A stretch of 64,000 nt of DNA, taken from contig OX597817.1 in assembly GCA_951406725.2 (NCBI GenBank), positions 49,290,001 to 49,354,000 of the forward strand. The letters are read 5' to 3'. The notes beneath the pieces were generated by a model. The model was not told the origin of the DNA and made no database searches. It saw only the letters and a list, made by a program, of their open reading frames with translations. The DNA is from Octopus vulgaris. Lineage: Eukaryota. The position numbers and the translations under genes were made by a program. Positions 13,962-27,112 of this stretch are shown here, piece after piece; positions within the stretch are counted from its first letter, which is position 1, and every line of letters starts with the position of its first letter.

Positions 13962-14066
13962 AGGGCAAAAGAAAAATTCTAATGCCAAATATGCCGAAAA
14001 AAAGACAAAATTGTCAATAACCATTATAATTTATGCGTCTCGAAAAAAACTTTATCCTACATTAGT

Positions 14067-14102
<36 letters not shown>

Positions 14103-14104
14103 CA

Positions 14105-14157
<53 letters not shown>

Positions 14158-14460
14158 GGTATGTATATACACTCATACATATAGGCATATATATGTATAC
14201 GTATACATATATTATATGTATATAGGTATAAATATATGTATATATATATATTCATACGCACATGTACGTGTAATAGGGTGTGCGTGCATGAGTGTGTGTA
14301 TATACATAAATATAAACATGACTGTTATATATATTGTTATTGAGCCACAGAGTGACTGCATTGTGCTGCTTATTCAATTAGAATGAATTTTATTGAACAG
14401 GAAATACTTAGACGTAAAATATAACACGTTTGTATGTGTTCTTTGCACACGCGCGCAAAC

Positions 14461-14495
<35 letters not shown>

Positions 14496-14521
14496 ATTAC
14501 ACACACGTATACAGGCACATA

Positions 14522-14601
<80 letters not shown>

Positions 14602-14873
14602 TACATATATTAATACATACACATGTATGTAAATTTGCATATATGTATATATGTGTATCTGTGTACGAATTTGTCCTTATAAGATATTCATTATTTTTAA
14701 ATTTGTTTTTGCTATTTTAATTATCTTGTATATAGATAATTACAGTTAATTATTAATCGTTAGAAGGATGATAAATGGGAGTAATTACGATCAATTTTCT
14801 TCGTACTATAAACAAGCATTTCGATTACTTTTATCAATGAATTTTAAGGATATATGCGCATGCGCCTGTATGT

Positions 14874-14904
<31 letters not shown>

Positions 14905-14937
14905 CACACACACAAACACACACACACACGCATACAA

Positions 14938-14968
<31 letters not shown>

Positions 14969-15109
14969 AACACACACACACATCGTCACTGATCTTGCAT
15001 TAAGCAAATTAGAAAACAAGTGACACACAGCCACTGATCTTATATATTATTTTATATTAGATTATATTGAATTATATTATATTATATTATATTATATTAT
15101 ATTATATTA

Positions 15110-15172
<63 letters not shown>

Positions 15173-15569
15173 TATATATATACATTTTATTCGTTAGCAA
15201 ATATTATTTGCTTGCTAAACTAAAATCGGAAACCAATTGATCCAGGAAGCGTGATGGTAAAATGTTTTAATTTTTCATTTCGTTCCTGTTGAATTTTATC
15301 CCTAATTTTTGTGGTTATAGAACCTAGCTGTTCTTTCTAGCGTGTTGAATTCCACAAGTGGATTCCTTATGTGTTTATATATATACACGTGTGTGTATGT
15401 GATGTTTAAAATTGTAACAGAATCAATACAGTAAAATGGGATAATGTAGAGACAGGTCTTATGTGATCCAGCATGCATATATGATCAGCAAAATTTTCCT
15501 GCTGTGACCATCCTGCTTGGCTGCAACTTTTAGCGCATCGAACAACAACGTTAGGTCTTCCTCGCCGCT

Positions 15570-15605
<36 letters not shown>

Positions 15606-15790
15606 AAGTAACAAACACGTAATTTCATTGGGATTATAATCATTGCTATTGCTATCGTGATACTAGTTAGTAATGTCATTCATTATTCATCATTTTAGCA
15701 CGCCTTAACATAAGATCAACATAATACAGTGGGTCCTGAATATAAATAGATATCCCAGAATTGTCATCCCCTGGAATATATATAGAGGCA

Positions 15791-15846
<56 letters not shown>

Positions 15847-15850
15847 CATG

Positions 15851-16222
15851 AGGCGCAGGAGTGGGTGGGTGGTAAGTAATGGTTCCGGGTTCATTCCCAC
15901 TGCGTGGTACCTTGGGCAAGTCTCTTCTACTATAGCTTCCGGCCGACCAAAGCCTTGTGAGTGGATTTGGCAGATGGAAACTGAAAGAAGCCTGTCGTAT
16001 ATATGTATATACGTATGTGCGTGTGTATATGTTTGTGTGTCTGTGTTTGTTCCCCCAATATCGCTTGACAACCGATGGTGGTGTGTTTACGTCCCCGTAA
16101 CTTAGCGGTTCGGTAAAAGATTCCGATAGAATAAGTCCTGGGGGCGATTTGCGCGACTAAAGGCGGTACTTCAGCATGGCCGCAGTCACATGACTGAAAC
16201 AAGTAAAAGAGTGTAAAAGAGA
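15851..16222 (+). mobile_element. SINE family A (near full length)
   Basis: AGGCGCAGGAGTGG head through GACTGAAACAAGTAAAAGAG tail. Confidence 0.85.
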
Positions 16223-16415
16223 GTATATATTCATACATACACATGTATGTAAAAGTGTTTGTATGTATGTATGTATGCATGTATGTATGTATGTATGCAT
16301 GTGTATCTGTGTACGAATTTGTCCAAAGCCGAGAAAAGGCATCGTGTAAGTCTGTTCGATCTTTGCGCTGTATTATATCTGACCGACACTTTCTGAAATC
16401 TGTTGGTATGATTAT

Positions 16416-16451
<36 letters not shown>

Positions 16452-16951
16452 CACAAACTTCGTAAATAATAGTGCTACAGAATACACATACATGCATTCC
16501 CGCAAACACAAGCCCCCACACAAACACATACACATGCATACACACACACGCACACAAACACATACACATGCATACATACACATATACATAATTGTATGGG
16601 TGTGAATATATATATTTAGTTTATAAGTCAATTAATAAATACAAGTCGAAACAAATTATTGGCTATTTTGGGGTTTTTAATGATTTTTATGTTATGTTAT
16701 ATTATATTCATAGTATATTATTATGTTACATTATAACATAAACAGATTATTGGATTGTCATTTGAATGTCTCTATTTAATTTATTGTTTATGGCTTGCAA
16801 TATCCATATTTATGTGGTATTCAACTGCCGTACCAGTGAATTGTATGTTTTACACGCACTTTTGAAGGAATTCCTTTCCTTAGATGTTACTTTATATATA
16901 GATCGTTAGCTCCTACATGCATTTTTTTCTCTCCTAGTTTTTTTCTGTGTA

Positions 16952-16989
16952 TCTTTCTGTCGAAGAGCGTAGGCTCGAAACGTAAAAGA
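16952..16989 (+). ncRNA. Hammerhead-like motif with variant core CUGUCGA (A6U)
   Basis: TCTTT-CTGTCGA-A-GAGC-GTAG-GCTC-GAAA-C-GTA-AAAGA: perfect 5-bp stem I, 4-bp stem II and ACGT palindromic stem III. Confidence 0.55.
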
Positions 16990-17085
16990 CTTGTTCTATT
17001 TCTATTCCTGAGCGCCATACTAATACATTTGTTTGTTTGTACTCCACCTGCCTTCGTCTTTTGTTTATTTTCGTAAACCTTCCCG

Positions 17086-17128
<43 letters not shown>

Positions 17129-17227
17129 TATATGTATACATATACATATGCATATATATGTGTGTGTGTGTACGTATATACGAACACACATACATGCACA
17201 CACACACATATATATACATATATATAC

Positions 17228-17280
<53 letters not shown>

Positions 17281-17433
17281 TTATACACACACATAGCATT
17301 ATATATATGCATATACTGACGTACATATATCGAAAGCGACAAAGTAGGAAAAAGTTTCACATTTGCACGTACAAATGCATACAGTACAGACATACCTAAG
17401 TACATGCACACATATATAAGTATATATCTGTAT

Positions 17434-17476
<43 letters not shown>

Positions 17477-17796
17477 GTATATATACATACATACATACAT
17501 ACGTACATACATAGATACACACACACACACATATATATATCGTTCCTATTATGTTAAACTGTCGTATGTCCAAATCTAGTCAAATGCGATGTTCTTCAAT
17601 ATTTATTTTTGCATGTAATAGCCGATTCCTTTGGTCAAACTATCGTATCTCCAGCTACATCAGATGCCAAGATATCAAACATTCACAGTGTTGTACAACA
17701 GTTTTGCACGGAACCGAATAAAACTGTTTTAAGTAATACATGTTATTCCTACTAAATATGTTATGAATAAACTTTTCTTTCGTTTGTCCACTCATT

Positions 17797-17833
<37 letters not shown>

Positions 17834-17837
<4 letters not shown>

Positions 17838-18085
17838 AATGCGCCCTTTTAAAGCCTAGCCAGGCTCATGGGCCCGGTTTCCCGGTTTCAATGGCTTATG
17901 TGTTCCCCAGTTGGACGGGACGGAAGTCCATCGCAGCGTTACTCATTTTTGCCAGCTGAGTGAACTGGAGCAACGTGAAATGAAGTGTTTTGCTCAAAAA
18001 CACAAAGCGTCGCCCGGTCCAGGAATCGAAACCACAATCTTACGATCATGATGCTGACACCCTAACCACTAACCCACGTGCCTCC
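17834..18085 (-). mobile_element. tRNA-derived SINE family C (CORE-like plus V-domain-like blocks)
   Basis: Reverse complement of the copy at 60929-61186: GGAGGC.CGTGG.TTAGT.GTTAGGGTG head, TTGAGCAAAACACTT block and GCTGCGATGGACT..CGTCCCGTCCA block. Confidence 0.8.
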
Positions 18086-18709
18086 ACTAAAAGAAATAGC
18101 CAAGGCCTTGTTTAACTTAAAATAATTATTAAGTTAGGCATGTACACTGGTCCGATAATAGCCAAAATGTAGCTAAATTACCAAATTTATATGTCCGCAT
18201 TCGCAAATATGCACGTACGCGTGTATAGTGTTTGCACATATAAATATGTCTGTGCGTGTGTCTATGAGAGGAAGGAAGAGACAAGCAACACAAGATGAGC
18301 AATATATATATTTTAATCCTGTCTCTGATATATATATGTGTGTGTGTGTGTATATATATATATATACGCGCACACACACACACACGTGAATGTCCCCATC
18401 GCCATTGCCACCACACTCATTGCCTTACTAATACGTTGTTAAAGCTTTTTTTTCCTCAGACTTCTACCCTTCTTGTTTGGATTTACTCTCTATCATTCCT
18501 TTTGCCTTTCTTTCTCCCCTTGACATTTTTCAATTTCATTTCATATCATTAGACGACTCCCCCAACCAACCTTCGAGTGTACGTGGATGTCTGCATATAT
18601 GTCCATGTATGTGTATGACGGTGTATATGAGGGCATATATGAGTTTGATTATATGTACATGTGTGTGTGTGTGTGTGTGTATGTGTGTGTATGAATGTAT
18701 GTGTGTATG

Positions 18710-18744
<35 letters not shown>

Positions 18745-18969
18745 CATATATATAAATATATATATATATATAAATATATACACATACATACATACATATA
18801 TATATATGCATATAATTACATATATATGTATATATGTATGTATTTATATATATGTATGTATGTATATGTATATTTGTATTTATATATATATATATATATA
18901 TGTGTGTGTATATATATATATATATATGCATATATACACACACATATATATTTACATTTTATATATGCC

Positions 18970-19000
<31 letters not shown>

Positions 19001-19739
19001 GTATTTTTATATATCTACACATATATACGTAGATGTGTGTGTGTATGTATGTGTGTATGTGTGGGTCAATGTGTGCATCAGCGTATGCGTGTGTGTGTGT
19101 GTGCTTGTATGCACGCATTTATGTATTTGTGTATGTGCTTGTGTGTACCAATGCCATTATCATTCCGTTATCTCTCTTCCTCTTTTCTTTCCGTTCATTA
19201 CCCTGTTTTCTCTCTTTTCCTCAAACGTTTAGTTTCATTTTTGTTTTTTTAATTTTATTCTTCACATTATAGCTGTTGCTGTTGTTATTCTTGTTGTTGT
19301 CGCTGTTGCAGTAAAAGTCGAGTCGTCGCAGATATTGGCGGCTCTTGATACCCATCTTCTCCACACACAACCTTCAATGCCTTCCTTCTCTCTCTCTCTC
19401 TCTTCTTTTTTTCTCTTTTACTTTTAAACCCCAATCCAATTTGTTAGTCGGGTGTGTTCTTAATTTATAGTATCGCTTTATTGCTACCAGTGGCGTCTTC
19501 GAATTATATACACCCATTATCGAAAATGATAGTTTTGTTATTTTTTTTCTTTCTGTTTTTGTTTTTGCGTTGCTCAGGTCTATTCTAACTGTTACAAAGG
19601 AAATGTGTCTCTCACCAGATACTCTTTTACAACACTAAAACCACGTTTCCGATTGGTTGTATTGTGATAATTAATGTCAAAAATGTTTTATGTTTTATTA
19701 TTTGATATTACTATTATATTTTAATTACTTTTCTTAGCC

Positions 19740-19776
<37 letters not shown>

Positions 19777-20162
19777 TATTATTCATGTACGCTGTTTGTG
19801 TTCTCTACGGTTAATTGATGTTTACATGTCTGTGTATTTCCCAATTGATATCTGTAGCAGTTACTCACTCTTTCCTGTAACGAAGGTCTTTCTAAACTGT
19901 TTTCGATTCTATTTATTTTCTTATCTGTTTTTGTTGTTTAATCCAGAGCACCACAAAAATAATTGACCAATGACCAAACTTTTCCAGGTATGCTTATCTC
20001 TTCTTATGTATCTAACGTGACATTCACATTTGTTTGTTGTCGTTAACATGTCAAAATATAATGTAGAAATCCATGATTGAGTAGGTCTATGAGCAAAAGG
20101 TATAAAGATGTTCCATTAAAATCGAGTCTAATTCATCCTTTTATTGAGGCATATCGGACATA

Positions 20163-20324
20163 CATTGGGTTGTCCGGAAAGTTCGTGCCGATTTATAGTA
20201 GCTTACCTTTCGACTTATTTTAGAACATGGTTGAGTCCATAATATAGGATTTGACTACGCCTCCATTTAGAGCACAGTTTAAGCTATCTTTTCGTAGAAG
20301 AAGGTTTATATTCCGATAACCTGT
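20163..20324 (+). mobile_element. Possible mariner terminal fragment
   Basis: CATTGGGTTGTCCGGAAAGTTCGTGCCGATTT resembles mariner TIRs; no partner TIR was found. Confidence 0.35.
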
Positions 20325-20552
20325 GTTGGGAGACAAACACTGACACACAAACACATAAACACAAATACATATATATATACATATATAAGACGGGCTTCTT
20401 TCAGTTTCTGTCTACCAAATCCACTCACAAGGCTTTGGTCGGCCCGAGGCTATAGTAGAAGACACTTGCCGAAGGTGTCACGCAGTGGGACTGAACCCAG
20501 AACCATGTGGTTGGTAAGCAAGCTACTTACCACACAGCCACTGCTGCGCCTA
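20325..20552 (-). mobile_element. SINE family A, 3'-truncated
   Basis: Matches the family A head and body. Confidence 0.8.
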
Positions 20553-20947
20553 TGAATACTATATACCTTGCTATGAAGGTCTGACAGTGCCCAAACATCT
20601 CAAAGGCTTTTACCTGTTTCTTTAAAAAACCGACTTCACTCAAATCTACAGAAAGCATATTATCCAAAATCTTCGGTAACTTTTTCTAGATGTAAAAGGA
20701 TTGGTACCTGCGCAGAATCTATCGTTATGAAAGTTGAAAACATTTTCATCTTATTAAAGTTATATAGAAAAACCGATCGTTACCTTTCTCCCTTGTAGTC
20801 ATTTGGGCTCGTGGCACATGTTGTATTAGACCAATACAAATCTGAAGTACAAGAGAGTGGGACTAGATGTGCATAAACCATGCCCGCTTTAATGATATTC
20901 ATTGTTTAGGCTGATCAGCAAACCAAGACACCAGAAGCAACAACATC

Positions 20948-21331
20948 GGTGGAGGCGCAATGGCCCAATGGTTACGGCAGCGGACTCGCGGTCGGAGGAT
21001 CGCGTTTTCGATTCCCAGACCGGGCGTTGTGTCTGTTTATTGAGCGAAAACACCTAAAGCTCCACGAGGCACCCACAGGGAAGGGGGCGACCCCTATTGT
21101 ACTCTTTCGCTCCAACTTTCTGTCACTCTTTCTTCCTGTTTCTGGTCCCCGACTTCCTACGCAACCGCTAAGCTTGGATGCGCATTCATCCATCCGTCGA
21201 TGCTCTCGGTGTCGGGGTTTGACCTGCTTTCTCTTCTGCGGGTCTTATGAATAGCAAAGGACCACATTTCGAACTTCTCCCATCTTGCGAGCTCTGGGAC
21301 CGTTCGCTTAACAGTAACAGCAACAACAGCA
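20948..21331 (+). mobile_element. SINE family D head with a different tail (type 2) and an 18-bp TSD
   Basis: Same head as 11053; diverges after TTCTTCCTGTTTCTG; ends GCTTAACAG(AAC-rich). TSD ACCAGAAGCAACAACATC at 20930-20947 and 21332-21349. Confidence 0.8.
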
Positions 21332-21802
21332 ACCAGAAGCAACAACATCACTTCATCACAATTACGATAGGGAAAATGGCGATGGGAACAGGTAGAAGAT
21401 ACTACTTGATGTGTTCTGATTTGATCCAGCATACACCTACAGGGTAATGACCGTTTCCCATAGACTGTGCCTTGTAGATTCCTCATCCGTGGAAGCAACG
21501 AGAGCGTCTAACATAAAAAAACTCCGAATGTTTGCTTTTTTATTCATTGTAATCTTTCCTTCTGTCAGGTCGTTTTACAGAGAAAATTTAGAATACTTCC
21601 GCTCTAAAGCAGTTAAGTACACTTTTGTTTTTGTCATTTAAGATAAGACCTCTGTCTTTTACGATTAGTCAGCATTTTCTCCCCTTAAAATATTTTGTAT
21701 TAAACTTGTTTATATTTAGCATTTCTTTCTAATGAAACCATTAGATATGCATTTTCGAAAGCTTTGCCCTTAAATAATTAAATATATTACGCAATCGTAT
21801 AC

Positions 21803-22338
21803 TCTTTTCTACTCTAGGCAAAAGGTCCGAAATTTTTGTGGAGGGGGCCACTCGATTAGGTCGACCCCAGATGCAACTGGTACTTAATTTCATCGACCCC
21901 GAAAAGAAGAAAGGCCAAGTCGTCCTCGGCGGAATTTGAACTCAGAACGTAGCGGCAGACGAAATACCGATTTCTTTACTACCCACAAGGGGCTAAACAC
22001 AGAGAGGACAAACAAGGACAGACAAACGGATTAAGTCGATTATATCGACATCAGTGCGTCGATGAATTAAGTACCAGTTACGCACTGGGGTCGATGTAAT
22101 CGACTCAATCCGTTTGTCTGTCCTTGTTTGTCCCCTCTGTATTTAGCCCCTTGTGGGTAGTAAAGAAATAGGTATTTCGTCTGTCTTTATATTCTGAGTT
22201 CAAATTCTGCCGAGGTCGACTTTGCCTTTCATCCTTTCGGAGTCGATTAAATAAGTAACAGTTGCGTCCTGGGGTCAATCTAATCGACTGGCCCCGTCCC
22301 CCATAATTTCGTGCCTTGTGCCTAGAGTAGAAAAGAAT
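21803..22338. mobile_element. Two family B composite SINEs fused in inverted orientation (minus ~21803-22038, plus ~22039-22338)
   Basis: The left half is the reverse complement of the right half (for example GGGGCTAAACACAGAGAGGACAAACAAGGACAGACAAACGGATT vs AATCCGTTTGTCTGTCCTTGTTTGTCCCCTCTGTATTTAGCCCC). Confidence 0.8.
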
Positions 22339-22862
22339 ATAAATGCATTGTAAAATTTACTGCGGTATTTGTCCAAAGACAATATATACTGGAAGAAGAC
22401 GTAAAATTATCTGAACATCGGCTACAAGAATCCTCGATGTTTTTTACTACTTATATCAGGTTTATTCAGCCTGGTGGCTATTCGTAATATCAGTGAATGT
22501 TTTACCCAATGAAATATGACTATAATGCCCACAGATAAACAGGGGCAAGAAATCAATAACGATTTATATTGAATGTTTTATATGTCAGAGCATTCTAGAG
22601 TTTTCCTCTAAGCGGATACCTACATCTCTGACAGGATTTAATTTTCGTGTTTTCCACACACAATCTTAGGTATTTCTAAACTCTCGGGCAAAATATTTTC
22701 ATACATATGTAATTTCAGTTTTACATAAATGAGATATTTTGTCAGTAACTACCTCACCAAATACAGAAGAGTATATACATGCTATGGAATCGTTCAGTAC
22801 ACGGAATTATGTAAAATGAAACGTATTTCCAATTCATCTCCTTTTAACATGACAGTAAATAA

Positions 22863-23455
22863 AAACAAGAACGCTGAGAGAGAGAAAACCTCCGCCAAAG
22901 CAACACCAACGTCCTCTCAACGATCAGCCGGGGATGATTTTTAAAATGAGAATTTCTGAAATAAACTCGACTGCTTTCACAAAAGAGAATACTAAAAATG
23001 AACCCGACCACTCTAAAAAATAAAAATTAGAAAAAAAAAAGGGAGAAATAAGCCCGAATCTTTGTCCGGTGTCGGATCGATCCCAAAATCTAATCAGTCA
23101 CGTGGCCAAACATCTCTGAAAGTTTCATCTTAATCTATTCAGCGGTTCTTGTTGTTAAGCAACAAGACGGGCAAGGGTGATTAGGTGGTCTAGGGCTTAG
23201 GGGCGGGAGACCCCAGACCTTGGAAAGAAAAAAACTTTGGTTGACTTGTCGAGGGCTCTTTGGTTGACTTTGGTCGAGAGCTCTTCGTTGACGCCCGACA
23301 CCACAGGGAGGTGGCCCGCGAAGTCGTTGGAAATGGAGATCTCCAGGTCCAAATTCTTGAACGGCTTCAGCGGTTCTTGAGATATCTTGTCCTCGGACAA
23401 ACAAACAAACACGACTGAAAACAGTACCTCTGCCTTAGCGAAGGCAGAGGTAATA
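22863..23455. mobile_element. Helentron-associated non-autonomous element (HINE / DINE-1-like)
   Basis: Subterminal ACCTCCGCC (22888-22896) is inverted to GGCAGAGGT. Perfect 12-bp terminal hairpin TACCTCTGCCTT-AGCG-AAGGCAGAGGTA (23425-23452), (ACAA)n before it, A-rich flanks and no TSD. Confidence 0.7.
23152..23365 (-). mobile_element. 214-bp GC-rich retroposed insert with 14-bp TSD inside the HINE
   Basis: TSD TTCAGCGGTTCTTG at 23138-23151 and 23366-23379; the minus strand ends GCTTAACAA like the family D type 2 tail. Confidence 0.7.
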
Positions 23456-23540
23456 AATTTATATCTTACGGAAGTCTACGTTAATGCAAAATGTTGTTAC
23501 GCAACGCTTTCGTAATGCGAAGGTTCTCGCGCTTCCCTCC

Positions 23541-23590
<50 letters not shown>

Positions 23591-24326
23591 TGTGTATGTG
23601 TGTGTGTGTGTGTGTGTGTAAATATGTGTGTGAAGGAATGGTTAGCTCGTGTTGTAATTGCGTATGTGTATGCGTATATTTAGCAAATATTTTACGAGAG
23701 TTTTTGTATTTGTACATTAGTGTATGAAAGGCAGAGATAACGTATTCGTGTGGGCCTTCTTTTTTCCTTTTGGCATATACATGTCTGAGTGAGAGACAGA
23801 TAAAACGCATTTGTGTGTCTACGACACTGAGTGTATATGTATATACATATGTTCAAACATGGCATATACTCAGTCTCTTACGAAATCAGACTGCTTTTTG
23901 TTTGATTTTTGTTTCAATAAGACAATTATTACTGTTGTCTGAATAAAGACTAGCAGCTGTAAATTGGCCATTGTAAATATCTTTTTATAACCCATCAAAC
24001 TTCCGTCTTTCTCCTGCGTTTTTAGCAGGGTCAGATTGATAATAAATCTTTGAGACAGAAGCAGAGCCCTGTGTTTGCTGGAATTAAGTAAAGTTACACA
24101 GATATTGCTTATGTGTTAGCTACCATTACTTCAATAGTTTTAATTATTTAGCTATTAATGTTACTAAAGCAGTGATTAAACGAATGCGTTAAATCATTGC
24201 TGATAGTGCTAATTACACTTGCACATACAAATGTATGTATGCATATATATATACTTGTGTTTGTATTGCGTAAATAATACCCGAAATTTTCCAATTTCCT
24301 GCTGTTTTGTTATATGTAGGTGAGTA

Positions 24327-24373
<47 letters not shown>

Positions 24374-24485
24374 GTGTGTGTGTGTATTGCGTAATTAATA
24401 CCAGAAATTTTTCAATTTCCTTCTGTTTTGTTATATGTATGTGATTGTATCTATCTATCTATCTATCTGTCTATCTATCTATCTA

Positions 24486-24570
<85 letters not shown>

Positions 24571-25399
24571 TACTGTTTAATAATAGGTAGATTCAATAAA
24601 ATAGTATTCCATCCAGTGAAAGATAAACGTCATTTAATATACTATACAGAATTTTAAAACGGGGCAGCTAACAGCTTAATGCTGTAATTTATATAACATG
24701 TCATGTGTCTCAAAACAATCCTTCATTCTCATTGTAAACCGTTAATCCTATTTCAAAACCAGGACGCTGGTCTATGAAAAAACATGAGAAAGAACGAGAA
24801 GGAAAAGGATAAGTTTGAAGCAAAAAGTGGAACGAGAAGAAAGAAATGGGAAGTACGGAAACGAGATTTGCACTTCCTTTGTCTTTAGAAATCATTACAC
24901 ATCTAGCTGATGTAGAATAATGTAAGGCAGAGGAAGCTTCTGAGATAGCAACTCAGTCCGGAGAGGGTGATGTCCTCCAGTTCGACAAAAGAAATCTAGC
25001 CATGTGCTTGCATTTGCTAAAAATTTCAGATCTAGAATTCTTGTGGTGGAATTCTTGGAGCTAAAAAAAACATATGTGATCTTTCAGCTATGCACAACTT
25101 GCATTCCTTTGTTTTATTTATATATTACGTATATTTCTCCATGATTTTTCTCCTGATTGTATGTGGTGCGACATTGGTCTTGAGATCTTGAACATAAGGG
25201 CTTTTAAAATTGCTTGAAGATAAAATAACTGAAACAAAACATTACGTCGGTTTATGCAAAGGCATGAAATTATTTGTAGTTCTTTTTGAAATCCTGACTA
25301 TACAATCATACTGCAATTATATGCGTGAGAATACTTACATAAAGCAAAACATGTATATAGCTTTGGAATCAAGATTAGTTTGTTTAAAACGAAAGTCTA

Positions 25400-26647
25400 C
25401 CTCGGTAGCTTACACCGTATTAAATATTTTTGTTCATGGGAGGAGACTGGAGGTCGTAGGCATTTTTTTGTATCTTGGTAGTACTCTGTCAAGGGATCGA
25501 GGCTTACAGAATGCAGAAGGCAAGCTCTGCGTTTGTTAAACTGGATAATACAAATTGTCAGACATGGGCATTACTTTGCAGAGAAGAACGAGTGTCTATA
25601 TGTCTTGTGTCCTAACAGCCCTTTTTATGACAGTGAAACAAGGACAACTTACCAGCATGGACAACTTACACCAATAATCTGAAATTTTCTTAAAGATTTC
25701 CTTAGAAATGCTACAAGTGAATTCTGGGTGTGAAGTGGGGTCAAATGATATCAGACACTAAAATAATTGAGAGATCTTGTTGTTAAACTACTTCGTCTTT
25801 TGATAAAAGCTAGGTATACTGGGCGGGTCAACTCCTCGTGCAAATGGCTGATGAGAGGCTCCCTCAAAACATTTTCTGTGGGGAATTAGTGCAAGGAAAA
25901 AGGCCGCAATATAAACCAAGGAAAATATTCAAAGACTGAATGACAGAAAACCTGAAGGATACGATAACAGATTTAAGTCATTCGGTAGAGGACGCATTGG
26001 ATTAAATAAACAGGAGAAAAAAGATTATACCAGCATGTGACGAGCTGGCAAAAACGTTAGCATGCCGGGAGAAATGCTTTGCGGTATTTCGTCTGCCGTT
26101 ACGTTCTGAGTTCAAATTCCGCCGAGGTCGACTTTGCCTTTCATCCTTTCGGGGTCGATTAGATAAGTACCAGTTACGCACTTAATCAGTTTGTCTGTCC
26201 TTGTTTGTCCTCTCTGTGTTTATCCCCTTGTGGGTAGTAAACAAATAGGATAAAGAAGGAGTGGTGCATTCAGAACTAAAGAGAGCTCTAACCAAAAGGA
26301 GAATTAGCAGACACTAGTAATTCAGCTAACTGGAACCGTAATAGTTGTCAACGTCTCTTCCTCAGCTAATCGGATTATGTAAACCAACTGAAGGGCACAG
26401 TAAGATCGCGTGGCAGCATTGTTGGCACCTCTAGGTCCCACTACATGTACAGTTTGCAACAAGATATGTAAACCAATCCTGGTTTAAAAACGCCACCTCA
26501 AGAATCATCAACAACTGCCACAAAATAATGAAATTTACCCTGTGCAGATCACATATGTCACTTGTGTCTAATGCCATCTAAGTCACTGGTTGGCCTGAAA
26601 AATCACTTGTGTATGTATGTATGTATGTATGTATGTATGTATGTATG

Positions 26648-26681
<34 letters not shown>

Positions 26682-27112
26682 TGTATGTATGTTACACTTC
26701 CAGATGGAAAGGGTCTTCCTATGATGCTGACATGCAATCTCTGTGCAAGACCCTGCCTCAGTAAAGCTGGACTCAAGAGTCATCTTCGAAGTCATAAAAC
26801 GAGATAGATGAGTGACAACCTGGCCACTGGTGGTGGTGTTACACACCATACTAATCATGTCTGTCGGGCATGTGGAAGAGAGTGTAATTCGGCAGGAGGA
26901 CTTAAACGACATGCAAAGTACATGAAACCCAATTACAACTACAGCCGGCTACTACCGGTAAAGCTTTTAGTTGCTAATTCTGTACAAGACATTGTAGATC
27001 TTTAGCTGAGCTAAAAAGTCACATTCGGTCACAGCACCAATAACAGTTAAGCTTCGTGCAATGGCCATACTCGATAACGAGGGGCAGCCGTCATGTATGT
27101 ATGTATGTATGT
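25400..27112 (+). mobile_element. 5'-truncated RTE-clade LINE relic with multiple C-terminal C2H2 motifs and an (ATGT)n tail
   Basis: RLEVVGIFLYLGSTLSRD and ERLP..FCGELVQGKRPQYKPRK are RTE post-RT blocks; six CxxC..HxxxH-like motifs at about 26330-27040; end GGCCATACTCGATAACGAGGGGCAGCCG followed by (ATGT)n. Confidence 0.75.
26040..26250 (+). mobile_element. SINE family B inserted into the RTE relic
   Basis: CGAGCTGGCAAAAACGTTAGCA head to CCCCTTGTGGGTAGTAAAC tail, flanked by RTE-like sequence. Confidence 0.8.
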
